Assembly: GCF_902652985.1 (NCBI RefSeq)
Contig: NC_047020.1
Coordinates: 25,792,001-25,856,000 of the forward strand
DNA from: Pecten maximus
Lineage: Eukaryota
Direction of reading: 5' to 3'
Length of the DNA: 64,000 nt
Positions within the stretch are counted from its first letter, which is position 1, and every line of letters starts with the position of its first letter. The position numbers and the translations under genes were made by a program. Under the pieces are notes generated by a model. That model worked only from the letters and a program-made list of their open reading frames with translations. It was not told the origin of the DNA and did no database searches. Positions 13,871 to 28,300 of the stretch are shown here, piece by piece.

Positions 13871-16304
13871 ATCTAACACACTATTTGCATAGAAACGTGC
13901 TTATGTATAGTTTTATCGAATAAAGAGCCCTCGCTTATTTTAGGACATCCTTGCCAAATATGTAGAATAAAATTGCTAGAAAAATTCACTTTAATCATTT
14001 AAATATCTGAAAATCAAATGTTAAAATCTCTACTGCTGATGACCTGATCGTAATAAGACTTTGTATTAACATTTCCCTACTTGTAAAATGGCATTTTGAA
14101 GAGCTTTATAAACAGTGTCTTGTAACTTTAGGTTGTGGGATATACATGTACAAAAGACGTTTATGCTTTATATTCAATTAACCCATTTGTAAATATGGTA
14201 TACAGTGATAATGTTAATTATATAATATCAACACCTATTCCAATTAACCCATTCTATGTGATGATATGATAACGAACACTCCTAAGAACTACGTGGTTGT
14301 ATAAGCAATCGAGATTTAAAGTATTAGTATGATGTACAGGGGTGTCAACACAGCTATTATTGGTCATGTTTTAAGTATGTTTCATGCCTGATGTATTGAT
14401 ATACCAATCTGCGTTCATAACGTTGTGAACGTCACACATTAATACTTTATGTATGGTTAGTGTATACGTCAATGTCAGTAGGAAAGGGAATTAATTTCTA
14501 TCACGCCCTTAATTGACTCCAATTGTTTGCTATGTATTATGCTTATATGTTTTTTATTAACAATAGATTGACACTAAATAGAAGCTGTCATGTATCGATG
14601 TGCGTATCCTAAAACTAATTAACCTTTCATGGGACAATGGTAGCGAACTAAGGGTATGGTACGGGGATATGGAATCAATCTATATGACAGTACAGTTCCT
14701 CCTGATATATAAACCTACATGATTATTAACTTTATTCCTCATCGCAACATTTCGAATAAATTCGAAAGCGACATTGCTAATGCAACAAAAAGACGAAGAA
14801 AATATTTGGAAAGTGTTGGGAAGATTTATGAATACCGATGGGAAAGGTCTGAAATTTTATTAATAAATGTTTATTTTCACGAGCGTTGTCAGTTATCAAT
14901 GAACCACAAGTCCAATTTCCATGAAAAATATAAACCATTTTCATGTACATTGGTCTTGTGTCCAACATGCATCGTATCGTTTAATTCCCAAAACAGTATT
15001 TAGGACATATGGCAACGGATTGTTCGTTGTGTAAGTAATGTGCCTGGTCCCGCAAAAATAATAATGTAATATTTACACAAGCGTGATAATAGTCACTAAT
15101 GAATTCAAGCTATTCATTTCTTGTGTACTGGTTACAAGGTCATTCTTACACACTGAACAACAAACAGACTACATATAACAAAGCAATATACCCACAAACC
15201 GAAAGTAGAGCAGAAAGCACCCACTCATAAACCCGGTATGCAATACTTACTAATTTAGCCAGCCCTTCCGCTATTCTATGAAAGGCTTTACAGTTATTGC
15301 TCTGATAATCGGAGGGAAGATATATTACCCATGCGAGCTAGACATACTGACTTGGGTATGCAGTGATCAGTGGATTGGACGTTAGAATTTTTAAATGGCT
15401 GGAAATACTGCAAGTTGGTCATCATCGTACTTGTCGCATTACGGGTGTCCCGAGTCCAGGTCAATGTCAACATACATGTCAAAACAACAGAGAACACTTC
15501 TGTCTATGTCACGTGACTATAGAATGATTGATTTACATACATATATGTTGTTAATACTTCCCACTGGTTTACAAATATAGCCTCGAGCATCGTTCAATGT
15601 ACATGTACATTTTCTGCTATAGCTACCGGCATCCTTTACAATAGTACAAAAACAATTATAATGCCATATAGGTTATTTACATAATGTCTAAAACATCATA
15701 TACTATAATTTGAAACAACCTAACCTAAATATTAAATACTATCCTATTTCTTCACTGTAGATAGCAACCGATGTTTTAATGACATGCAACACAAGTGGTC
15801 ATACGACTTCCTATGTGGTTATATCAATATTCAGCATTACCACTGGCAGACCTTTGGAATTTTGGGTTGACTTACTTACTTAAACAATATAACGAACACC
15901 CTCGTTGAAAACCAGCAAAACACAACTTTGCTAATGTCACGTAAGACAATAAAATTATTTTATTTCCAAACGGGATTCAGAGAAGAACGATATAGCTCCG
16001 AGCCTGGGTTCCCTTGGTATACATGGGAGAAGTACAATGCAGCTTTCGAGCATTGATTCCCTTGGTTTACCCTTGGACATATTTGTAGAAGGAACTTGTG
16101 TCTCCGTTGTATACATATCATATTGATTACATATACGTGAACACGTCTAGCTTAAATTCACGTAATATGGAATCATAGTACTAGTATGATTCATCATACT
16201 CTACAGTAGAAATAGGAATGAACAAACATACCGGCACATTAAACAGACCATAATCTAAACTCAACATTGGTTAACCGAGTAATTTAAAACATAGCAAAAC
16301 TAAT

Positions 16305-16630
16305 AGTGTCAAAAAGTGCGTTATTCCACGTCAAGTTGACGGCGCCATTTTGAAAGGACTGAATAGCGCAGTTTAAGAGACTGTGCAATAAAAGCTAACG
16401 TCAATTGAGTATTATGTCAAAAGCTAGCCTGAATATTTCAGAAAAACAGCAAAATAACCTATCTATCTCTCTTCGCTTCGATTGGAAAAATCGTCAATTT
16501 TCAATGAGTTGTATACAAAGTTTTGCTCTGATTTTTCACTGCAAAATGTTATATTTTTTCTGCTCATCGCTGCATTGAAGATATAAGTTTTACTAGTTTG
16601 ATACATTTCTATATTTCACTGGCAACAATA
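16305..16630 (+). mobile_element. Interspersed repeat, with an inverted copy at about 23035-23400 and a partial direct copy at about 23690-23850
   Basis: Shared blocks GACGGCGCCAT..TGAAAGGACTGA, GAGTATT.TG.CAAA, CTTCGCTTCGATTGG. Confidence 0.65.
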
Positions 16631-16834
16631 CAATAATATGAATTTCAACGAACATCAACAGAACCGATCAAAACAAAGAAACAGACTGTATCCTTTATCG
16701 TCATAAACCTTCATCTCACAAATATCGTCATTCTTTGACACAAGAAGAAATGTTACTATCAAGAAATAATAGCTCAACAATAAGTTTATATATACAGGGG
16801 TTATATTTACACAAACACTATAGGTAACAATGCG

Positions 16835-17091
16835 TACGAGTATCGTTGGATCGTTTCAAGACCAACTGGTCTCTTTGTCAAGCTGCTTGAGTGAAAATCA
16901 TGTTTACCTGTACGTCTATGCATATATACACTCTGTGTCGATAGAGGAAATGTCGCATTGTCGAGCGAAATATATATAGTTAACATTTTGTCACATAGAC
17001 GTACAGCTAAACCTGATTTTCGCTCACACAGTCACTCAGAGGTTGACAAAGAGACCAATCGGTCTTGAAACGTTGCAACGACACTCTTGTA
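16835..17091. mobile_element. MITE-like element with long terminal inverted repeats
   Basis: CGTTTCAAGACCAACTGGTCTCTTTGTCAA pairs with TTGACAAAGAGACCAATCGGTCTTGAAACG; CTGTACGTCTATG pairs with CATAGACGTACAG. Confidence 0.7.
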
Positions 17092-17173
17092 TAGACAGCT
17101 GTATGTATATCCAAACTGATGGATCTTATTAAAGACATTCCATAATAAGCTGTTTATACCCATTAAGCTGTAT

Positions 17174-17371
17174 GGGAGACGCAATAGCTCAGTTGGTTAG
17201 AGTGCCGGGTCACGATCCGAGGTGCGTGGGTCGACGGTCCCTACTTCCCTGGATGGTATGCGGCGGTCCTCCCGTATGGTGTTCAGTGAGGCAGTCACCA
17301 ACTCCTGCCAGAAGACACCGCTTCAAAATGACCCTGCTGTTGAAGGAGGGATATACCCAGCAAACAAACAA
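17174..17371 (+). mobile_element. tRNA-derived SINE
   Basis: A-box TAGCTCAGTTGGTTAGAG, body shared with 50174-50445, (CAAA)n tail. Confidence 0.75.
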
Positions 17372-20259
17372 GCATTACACTGAAACAGTTTGACATGAAA
17401 TCACAAATATTGGTTCTGTAGTAATACGAGATCGGAATAAAATAAAACATATAGTCATATAAACGAAATCGTGATTCTTACTCAAAATCGATAAAACAAG
17501 ACCATCTGGCACAGTTTGTTCCAATGGATATGTCAATACAGTATTCTAAAATAGTTATTCAAATATTATTGCCACAAAGTTATCTTCACAGAAAACTAGC
17601 TGATCATTAAACACGCGACTCTGTCGTGACAAATGAGTGGGGTAATACTCCTGAACGGTTGACAAGGAATAGTGTTATACATAAATACTAAGTAATTATA
17701 TACTGACGCTCTTATGGACAAAATATTCTCGTCTGCTGTGACCTCACTGGGGGTTGTTGACAACGGTCACAAATATAAGAAGACTTTTTCAGCTCTTGCG
17801 ATCTGTTAATGGTATGATAAGGCGTTACACACCAAACATCTTTCTCCAACCTGACCTGGCATTGATCTACACGTTCTTTATCCTATAGTGATAACTTCTA
17901 ATCTTAGCTTACATCACGTCTTAGACTGCCAATAGTTTCTTCTTATAGTGTTAAGAATTCCTTCTTAGGCCTGAATGTCGGTTATCTGTTAAGCGCCCTT
18001 CTAGGTCCGCACTTGTACCCAAACTGCTATATGTCTAGTGAGGTCAAGTCCAGTTTATCAAGTCTATGTCCCGGCCTGTACCCCTGTCCAGCCAAAACTG
18101 ACAGATGTTCAACATATGCAATACATTTTCCATCTAGTTAAAAAATTAAATAAGCATATGGAAAAATTCTAGGGGAATATCCAAGTGAAATTTGAGAAAG
18201 ATTCTTTAAATTTTCCGATAAGCAACGTTAACAAGCTCTAACTCTTACATGAAAGACTGGGGAACCTGAAAAGGGTCTCTAGTATAAACTAATTCTCTGA
18301 CGGACGTCCGGACGGAGGACCATTTGAATTATAAAAAAAAACACAGTCAAAATAAGGAGGAATTTTGATACGGATTTTCCGAGTTCTGACTTGCGATTTA
18401 CGCGGGAGTAATCACCTTGAAATACCCCCTTTTGTCGAGGGAGGTAGCGCACCAATACCGGAGGAAAGGTAGGGCAAGGTTGAGAAGGATGAGAAGGCAA
18501 GCTGTGCATGTTGTTTCATTGTTGTTATGCTGTCGGCATATTTCTGGAGTGCATCGGTTTTCAATGCGGCAACGAGAAATCTTAATAAATTCGTCAAATA
18601 TCCACGGACAGAAGATGTAAAATTATTTTTGAGAAAGTACACCTTGCTGATCGTGACTGGCCTCCGAACAAAAATTGGCAACTTGAGTTTATCAACTGTT
18701 TTACTACCCGGTACATGTATTTATGAAGCCTCCATATTGCCCATTATTTAGTATCATTTTCTACAGGGTTTTCAAGATAAACATTTGTTTATATTGCTTT
18801 GTTCTTTACAACTAAGATGTCTGTAACTACATTTTCAGTAAAACTGAGATATGTTACGCAAGTCTGAAACGCACCAATAACTACAGGAAACTGATTGATA
18901 TGTCGTCACTGTACCTCGAATAAAGATTTTAACTAATTCATGACGACATTTCGGATTAATAAGTAGAAATTTAGATTTACTCACAACTACAAGATAAATG
19001 CTGCTCCGTACTACTATAAAATATAACAAACGAGACAGATACCAATCTGCTGGGGTGTAACCTGGATCTAGACGTTACACGTACATATGGATTTTTAGAG
19101 CGTATACAGAAAACAGCCTATCAAAACAAAATGTTGGACTAGTTTATGTCAATAATTAGGATAACAAGTCTGGATTCGAATGAATATTTCAATTAGTTTA
19201 TGGATTTGTTTATACAAATCATTGCACATATGACACAGTCGTCATATCTGTTCTGTCTGGGAAAATAGTAACCGTCACTCGAACGTGTTCGTATGAATGC
19301 ATTGGTCTTTTATGTGTCGAAAATGTCGATCATAAACTCATGTAAATATTTGTTGCTGTCCGTTGTGAATAATTAAACGTACAAATGAGTTTTCTGATAA
19401 TTTTGAGAAACGTAAAAGCCAAAGTAATTCACAATCATTCTAGGTAAGATACGTTACTCCATTTGAAGTTATATATAATTATCACAAAGTTCACATCATC
19501 TATTCCTTATCTCTTTTATTATGTTATTTCATTTAAAATATCTAAATATACTATACGAATTCATTTTTACGGATGTCGTCGCCACTCACATGTTTGGTCA
19601 TAAGACGGTAGTAAATGAATTATCATGAACCACAGCCGTCGACGGGTCGTTAAACCAAGACAAACAAACAAACAAACAAATGTAAAATACATGTTCAAAG
19701 GTAGAGCGTACGGATTTGTACATCCTGTCAGTATTAGTGATTTATAACAGAAAGCAAAATTTGCGATCCTTTCTTTTGCTCTTTTTTAAAAACATGTTGA
19801 TCTTGCCAATGTCTCCATTGACCCTTCCCTTACTTTTGATTCCTAATTGAGCGTTCATCGCTATTTGAGAGGAAATGTATGGGCCTTTCATCAGGATGCT
19901 GTATTTTATATAATTTACTGAAATAATATAAGGTTATATGACTGGTTTATCTCTTCAGTATAATTGGCTGGGTATGAATCTGATTAATGATATCTTATTA
20001 AATTGACAATATAAATTGGCATAGACAAGTAGCCATCATTTTAAATTGATCATATTGTATTGGGTGACAGCAACAACTAGCTTACAGCTTTCCTATTCTT
20101 TGCATCGTCTTACTTACGAAGTAAAATGATATATAGCAAACATATTAGGTTATTACATTACCATTCATTTTAATGTATCATATTGATAAATATTTACATT
20201 CTGTGTGACGGTCTCCCATTACTCCTGTGTTAAACCAGATGGTATTGATCACCGTATAA

Positions 20260-20736
20260 ATGCAGCCCAGATCACATGACGTCACTTCCGTCAGCGTCAA
20301 AAAACTGTTTGGCAATGCGTTGCGGGTGAATCAAACCTAGCAAGGATTTCGACTTAGAACAATCGCGTAATTATGACGTCATTTTGGTGCTATGTTGATC
20401 ATAGTCACGCCAAGGCTTTGTATTACACATCAATTTGAATGCAAACCAAGCACTACAATGAAATCGATTTCACATGTGCCGTTCTTTCAATTGAACAAAC
20501 AGGGGAATATATGAACTTAAATCCCAGATTTAGCAAAGAGAAAGTGAAGTTTAACGTATCTAATGTAAATATAACAATTAAACGCTTGTTAGCTTATATT
20601 TATTGTCAATATCAATGCAATCTGGGTGACAGATAAATATTCATGACGCCCTAACGGGCGTCATTCTATTTATCTGTCACCCAGATTGCATTAATCTTGC
20701 CAATAAATACAATCTACCAAGCGTTTAATTGTTAAA
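20260..20736 (+). mobile_element. Element ending in an approximately 165-bp hairpin; inverted copy at about 22005-22392
   Basis: Palindrome about 20572-20734 centred on GACGCCC-TAAC-GGGCGTC; body matches the reverse complement of 22090-22390. Confidence 0.7.
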
Positions 20737-21099
20737 TGTGTACACCTGCTACAGGCTAGGATGTTACTTGATGACTATTACAACATATGGAACTTTTCAT
20801 TTCAAGAATTGTCAAGTGGTGTAATGATTTATTGAATAGAATTTGGTGTCGAGGATCGGGAGTCATACTTCCTGTATGAGTGTGAGCTTTAGTTGTCATA
20901 TCATTAGATGTCGATACCAATATTTGGTTATCAATGTATGCACAGTTAATCAGGGGTCATGATAACTCAGACAATATACCATGAAACAAATATAACTTCA
21001 TTTGTAAGCCTGAGGCGTGTGATTCGACCCCTAACAGGACAGTTTGTGTCGTTGTTGTGTCCTTGGGGAGTGAGGTAGCCATCAGATTTAACAAGGGTA

Positions 21100-21325
21100 T
21101 ATTTACCATGGTATGGCACTGCCACTATATAACCCTACCAATTCAGTTGCGAGTTCACCAGCTTATGAACTGCCAACTGAAATTTGAATTTGAAAATTTA
21201 AAAAAAATCGCACGACAAATAAAAAATCGCAGATGGTAAATACAAAAAGTGTATAAGCATTGAACGGCTTTCAGTTGGCATTCATAGTCAATATGAATGC
21301 CAACTGAAAGCCGTTCAATGCTTAA
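21100..21325 (+). mobile_element. Element ending in a perfect hairpin; near-identical inverted copy at 22538-22740
   Basis: AAGCATTGAACGGCTTTCAGTTGGCATTCATA-GTCAA-TATGAATGCCAACTGAAAGCCGTTCAATGCTT. Confidence 0.8.
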
Positions 21326-22004
21326 ATGAATGCTACCTCAAACTCAAGCGTGGCAAGAGAGACAACTCAAAAATGCAATATGTAATATTATGTCACTAGT
21401 GTGTAGCAAGGTGATCGTGATCGATTGTTACAGTGAATCCGAGATATATCATTGTATGTGGCATATAATTGACACAGAAATATGTACATTTGCTATGTTT
21501 TACATTTTGTATTGAAATATCCACAACATATGGTCTATATATACACATATATGTAAATATATGTAACATGATGAGAAATAGCAAACAAAATGGTTGCCGT
21601 CGTTTGATTATTGCCCTGTGTATTTCGACTTTAAAACCTGTTAAAATGAGCTGATTGATAAAAAGGCATTTTGATTTGTTTTCATTCCAAATGATATTTT
21701 ATTAACTTGTCTCGAAGTTTGAAATCTAGCTCGCCAATACCCGCAAGCTAAAAAAAGCACACCATACGCTCTATTGGACCACAGGTAACGAATCATATAC
21801 ACGTTATTAACTGTACATATTTGATTAAGTGATATATAACATACTTATATTCCTACACTACAGCGAATCAGACACATATTTTATTTTAAGCTAAATTGAA
21901 ATGTACACTTTAGATTAAGCACGTGCTGTTATTTAGTTATGTTCATAAATTCATTATATAAACAAATAGCGACATAAATCACGCACAGGCTGGATCACCC
22001 ATCT

Positions 22005-22392
22005 GAAACACTTGTTAGATTGTATTTATTGCGACATTCAATAGAGGATGTCCTTCTATTTATCTGTCACCTACAGTGGGTTGCATTTAAAGTGACAATA
22101 AATACAATCTAACAAGCGTTTAATTGTAATATTTACATTCAAATGAATACGCCATTCATTTTTACCCATTTCCCTGTTTGTTCGTGTGAAACAAAAGGAT
22201 CTTTAAATCAAATTTCGTTTCCGTGATTGATTCTCAGCCCATTTTACAAAATAAAATCTTGTGTTGACGATGGTCAACATGACGTCATGGTAACGCAATT
22301 GTTTTCAATAAGAATCCTCGCTGCGTTTGATTTATCCGTATCATAAAGCGAAGCATTTCCACTACAATCATGTCACGTGATCTTGACTGCAT
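22005..22392 (-). mobile_element. Inverted, degenerate copy of the 20260-20736 element
   Basis: Shared CAATAAATACAATCTAACAAGCGTTTAATTGT and body motifs. Confidence 0.65.
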
Positions 22393-22537
22393 GTATCCGC
22401 TCATATATGCAGCCCAGATTAACATTGAGGCAACTAGAGGCTGTGGCGCAATAGGCATTGAATTACAATTATGCTCATAATTACAACATACATGTATACT
22501 AAAGAACACATGTTACTCCGAATAATGGAACATTTAA

Positions 22538-22740
22538 CCATTGAACGGCTTTCAGTTGGCATTCATATTGACTATGAATGCCAACTGAAAGCCGTTCAAT
22601 GCTTATATTTACCATCTGCGATTTTTTATTTGTCGTGCGATTTTTTTTTTTGAAATTTTCAGTTGGCAGTTCATAAGCTGGTGAACTCTCAACTGAATTG
22701 GTAGAGTTATATAGTGGCAGTGCCATACAATGGTAAATAT
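22538..22740 (-). mobile_element. Inverted copy of the 21100-21325 hairpin element
   Basis: Reverse-complement match over about 200 bp. Confidence 0.8.
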
Positions 22741-23461
22741 TAAATGGTAAATATGTTAAACTGAAGGTTACATGTAATAATATATCAGCAAAATTGCATC
22801 ATACGTGCATATCATATTTGGGTATATATGTAATATTGTCTAACATAAAATTCTGAATAATCGACACGATATTTGGGGGGAATGTGTAAAATTGAATATA
22901 TTTTTTATGTAATAAAATTATAATTAATAGTATACATAATACATCAAGCGATATTGGATCGTGAACATACCTATGTAGAAATGTAATGTTAGATTGTTAA
23001 GAAACAACAAAATCATACAAGTGTTAAATTGCATTTCGCCAGTGAAATATAGAATTTTTTAAAACTAATAAAACTAATAAAATATAAGATTTTGCAGTGA
23101 AAACATAATTTTCCCTTTTTGATTAATCAGAGTAAGCCTTTGCATTCACCTCATTGAAACTTGCAGATTTTCCCAATCGAAGCGAAGATAGATAAATTGG
23201 TTATTTTGCTGTATTTCTGAAATATTCAGACTAGTGTTTGTCAAAATACTCGCTTGGCGTTTTCAATGCATGCACAGATTCTCCGAAAATAGCAGAAAAT
23301 GCTTAAATTACGTTGATCAGTCCTTTCAGCATGGCGCCGTCAAGGTGACGTGGAGTAACAAAGAGATGACGTTATTACTGATTCCCGCACTTTTTGACAC
23401 TTTTAATTTTTTCGATGTTTTTAATTTTGTGTTTGAGTAGAATCTATAAGAAATGCAATAA

Positions 23462-23599
23462 AAAGAAAATTGAATGGTTTCCCGTTTAATATAACATATA
23501 TTTCACTCGTATGCTTCGCACTCGTGAAAATATCGATAGTCTGTCATACTCGTGAAATATATGTTATATTACACGGGAAACCATTCAATATCCTCTATA
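23462..23599 (+). mobile_element. Palindromic element (CACTCGTG core, ATATCCTCTAT end)
   Basis: ATTGAATGGTTTCCCGT.TAATATAACATATATTTCAC arms. Confidence 0.7.
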
Positions 23600-24220
23600 T
23601 CTCCCTTCTTCAGCTTAGTAAACTCTAACTGCGAATAAATAAGCATATACGCAGTGAAAAAAGGCTTAGCGGATTATATGTAATTAATTAGCGCGGGAAT
23701 CGGTAACATAATTATGACGTCGTTTTGAAAGGACTGATCAACACAATTTAGCGTTTTCTCCTGTTACCCGATGATCTTTGCATAAAAAGCTAACGTCAAG
23801 TGAGTATTTTGTCAAAAACTTAACTGAATATTGCGAGAAACGTGCATATTTAACTTCTCAACGAGGTAAGCTAACAACAAATGGCTAAAGCGAACAGTTC
23901 CTAGAGAACATTCGACCACGTCACTTCTAAATCTGTGTCAATACACGCTGTGCTTGACAGCCATATTTAATCTTAGACTGAAAGATGGATTGTGAATATA
24001 TAACAATTTATTAAAAATGTAATGGGTATTCAACAAAAATGTTGAGTTGTTTCTTTTAATTTTGTGAACGTTACTGGTGTCTTTACGTGGATTCACTGGA
24101 ACTACATTATCTTAGCAACCACGAATGTCGTACAATTGTAGTTACCAGCGTCGAAACACACCGTAATTTTGTTTTCATCGTACTGTATTTAAACGATTTA
24201 TTTCAAGTAAATATAAGGAC

Positions 24221-24363
24221 TGTACCTCATTTTGACTGCGTATACGGTAGTATGTCCGCAGTTGGAAACGGACATATCCTGTGGAGCGCTAACGCGCTAA
24301 CCATAGGAAATGTTTGTTACCAACTGCGGGCATACTACGTATACGCAGTCAAAATGAGGTACA
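24221..24363. mobile_element. Fold-back MITE-like palindrome
   Basis: TGTACCTCATTTTGACTGCGTATACG pairs with CGTATACGCAGTCAAAATGAGGTACA. Confidence 0.8.
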
Positions 24364-25313
24364 ATCATTAAATGATGACGTTGCTCAGTTTTAATCATCC
24401 TTAAATTATCATTAGTTTCGGCTCTCCTGTATCTTACTCTGAAATTGTTTTATAAGGTGCTTATATCTTGTGTGTCTTTGTACCAAACTTTCATATCGAC
24501 AACTTGATGATTTGATAAGGAACATAACACTTGATTTTTCAACTTCCTTATTAGTAAAAAGGAATAAGCGCAACCATACAAATAAGAAATCAAATATTTC
24601 AATATGTTACATGACATTTAAATCATGAAATTATGCAAATAGCTATAGAAATTATACTCTGAAAGTGACTGAGGATTATATTTACAATACCTACAGAGAT
24701 AAACATTAAAAGCATTGATTGAACCCACAGCATGACGGAAAAATGGTTATAACAAGTCATATTTACAACAGGTAAATTTTAATGTCAGGATATACGTTTT
24801 TCTCTTATTACATACCCATCTAATAAACCCCTGCACATATAAATAGTAAATACTTGTGAACTGTTGTTTAAACAGTGACAGTGTACAAATGATAAGAACC
24901 ATGGAACAATACATGGATACGTATTGTTACATATCAAAGTAATAGTAGTACATTGTGTTTGTCCCAGAGAACATTCTCTTTATCCAACATAATGAGTATA
25001 TCTAACTGTGATTGAAAAGAAACCATAATGTTGATAAAAAAAACTAACAATACCTTAAAGACTACATGTATATTGGCACCAGGCCGTGACGGTATGTGTA
25101 TTGGTATGTATTAGTATAGTTAAGACCCATAGCTAACAGTCCCCGCTACCTGTCCATGACACTCTATGTGTGTATACATGTATAATTTGTATAACTCTTT
25201 CGTAAAGCAGTACATTGCTGGCGTGACAAACGGGTAGTGTGGGATTATGGAAGTAAAACCAACGGAGAGCGTATAGCTGCTACGTATGTGTAACCAGACA
25301 GGTCATTTTAAAG

Positions 25314-28300
25314 ATGGTGAAGATTCTTGTGGTGTATTTCTCAATATTTAGTGTGTCACTAAGTCATGGTACGTAATTAGCTCTTATATTCTGCTAGTAC
25401 TTATGTTGTACATAGGTAAATCGCTCTAAATTGGAAATCCGTTCATAAACTCACTGTTGATATAAAAGAATGTGTATCAGCATATATATAAAGGACATTG
25501 TTTTTATATACATATAAGAAGTTACGATGTATATTGTTTTGTCATGTGTGTGCCATGTTGTCAGAGTGTAATTCTATAAATAGACGTGAATGTTTAGAAG
25601 TAGCTACCTACTATTGATTAGTTCGCATATAGTTTGTGTAATGGATTCGACGGACGACACAATGTTTACCAATAACGTGTACACTATTCACATTACCTAA
25701 AAACGTTTAAACCCACGTCTATGTAAGTGGTAGTGCTTTTATACCTGTGTTAATGCTAATACAAAGCCTACCTTATTATCTCAATTATCATCTATGTAAT
25801 GAGTAGAGAAAAATAGCCAGCCCGTGCCCCGCTTCGAAATAGCGACCTTTCGCTCTCAAGGCAATCATCCTACCACTAAGCCTAGTCTGAGCTTGTAAGG
25901 CGACCAATACTCTCTTCTTTTTAGTTGTATATGTAAAAAGTAGTACCTATTTGGATGTGTAATATATATATATATCTTCAATTTCGTTTGTTAACTGTCT
26001 TACGTTACAGCAATATGTTAGGCCACATGAACACAGTTATATGGTACCAAAAAGTAGTTCTATATGTTTATACCTCTTTTTAAATCATACATGTATTGAG
26101 CTTCCATTTTAACTTCCTACCTACACGTCACTGGTAATGTTAACGTTGAGTCCCTATTTCTATGACTATAAGTTACATTGGTTGTATATAAAAGACCAAA
26201 TAGTTACTGATATTTTATAAAATAAATGCAAGTAATATTTTAAGATGAATATATGATATAACATTATCAAGAATATCTAGTAAAATAGATATCAACAGAG
26301 ATTGTGGTATAGACTATATGTACTGTCGGTGTCTTTGACCGTTTAAAACGGTTTTTATTTATAAAGAATGTTGTTATTACACATCTTCTTAATAACATTC
26401 TAATTGTAATATATGTATGGATCATTTAGAAGATTTTATCGACCAGCTAAAACTGTAAGACTGTATTTCGTATTCTTTGTGTTAAATGCCTCACTACGAT
26501 CTCCGAGACACTATAAACCTAGTAGTCATTGCCTTTATGTTTAAAATACCCATTTAAGTTAACTTATAATCGATCCATATCACTATTTTATTCCAGTTGC
26601 TCGAATAGTTCCTTTTTTGCCCTACTGTCACTTATCTATTAAAACAGTAATTTACTTTATTTTATATATAAAAAAGAAAAGTTTGATTGGGCCTTGCTTT
26701 TAGATTTGCTGAATATGTTTGTATGTCTATATTTATCTAGATCCATTTTTCCTGCTGTCGGGCCCCCCTAGTAATGTTATATACAAACTGGACAAAAGGA
26801 CAAAGACTTACACCGACATCCCCATTGTACACCGGCAACCTTCATCAGTAAAGTATGACAGAACCACTGGACGGATATTCTTTGGTACCGTCGACGAGAA
26901 ATATGTCTACAGTGTCAAAATGGACGGCTCAGATTCAAAAGAGGAAGCTGTTTCAGGTGAGTTAGGATAACTACAGTTTAAAGTAGGCGGTCTGGTTTTA
27001 AAATATATAAACGGAAATATACTGTCATACTTAGTCATACATTATGTATGTCTACAGTGTGAAATGGACAATATCGTAGGGCAAGATAATGCTTTCTCCG
27101 ATCATTCACAGATTTGTCCCCTGTCTTACTTGACAAGATTTATCTGTCACTCCCAAGGGTGTAATTTCTCTGTCACTCCCAAGGGTGTGATTTCTCTGTC
27201 ACTCCCAAGGGTGTGATTTCTCTGTCAACCACTAGGGTGTGATTTCTCTGTCATTACCAAGAGTATGATTTCTCTGTCACGCCTTAGGGCGTGATTTCTC
27301 GGTCACTCGCTAGGATGTGATTTCTCTGTCAACTTCCTAGGTTGTGATTTCTCTGCACTTCATAGGGTGTGATCTCTCTGTCACTCCCTGGGTATGATTT
27401 TCTCTGTGAACCTTTAGTGTGTGATATCTCACTAGGGTTGTGATTTCTCTGTCAACCCCTATTGTATGGCGAGTAAGACATATGGCATGTGCTGGAAAAA
27501 CTGTATTGCAAAACATTTTTAATTTGAATATTTGAATAACACTTGTCCCTGCGTAAACAAAATAGTATGATGGGAGAACAAATCATGAATAAACAAGTCA
27601 GACACTAATTGAATAGAGTTCCGATGTAATATGATGGGCAAATCAGATTCAATATGTAGCCAAGTGTCACGGTTATGGCTCTGTCACATATATACCTTAT
27701 TGCTATACATATATAGGTGGTATTTTCGAAAGGGATACAGAAACTGTCTGTGACATATGTACATTTATTATGCAATTATACGAAATCTTGAATGTATAAC
27801 TGATATTGTGATAATGATTTCAGGAGACAGCAGATTATTATGTTACATCACTGATGCTTAGTATCGCTTAAATCTATACATGAATGTGGAAATGGGGCTA
27901 ATGAAACAGTAAATATGACGGATTGACTCTTTGGCTAGTCAGGGAAAATATTGATACTCATTCACGGCAAATATCTTGTGATAAAATAAAATGGCAGTCA
28001 TTTATATTTTTGTGTCTGTAAATGTTGCAAATTCAAATATCTGAATTCCAGATGTGTATGCACAAGCGATGGCAATGGACGACATCATGCGGTTTCTGTT
28101 CGTATACTCTAGTGGTCAGTCGTCCAGTATTAAGCGGGTACAACTAGATGCGACTGATCCGTCCAAGTGGTACACTCTGGTACTCGACAACCCCAACCAA
28201 AATATAACACATATGACTGCTGACCCGGCAACGAGGTAATACTTTAACATATTCAGGTTAATGGTCAATGGATTAGATAAAGTCACTCGATCAATATATA

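Noticed and set aside
12856-13879. Repeat ORFs (104, 243 and 60 aa) as genes
   Set aside because: Translations of a 36-bp minisatellite; no splice structure or unique sequence.
17174-17250. tRNA gene
   Set aside because: A-box present, but no T-arm or acceptor stem; continues into a SINE body and tail.
18279-18751. Overlapping ORFs in a GC-richer patch
   Set aside because: No recognisable motif or splice pattern; probably an old repeat.
25820-25885. tRNA-like sequence on the - strand
   Set aside because: Stems do not close; probably a decayed SINE head.
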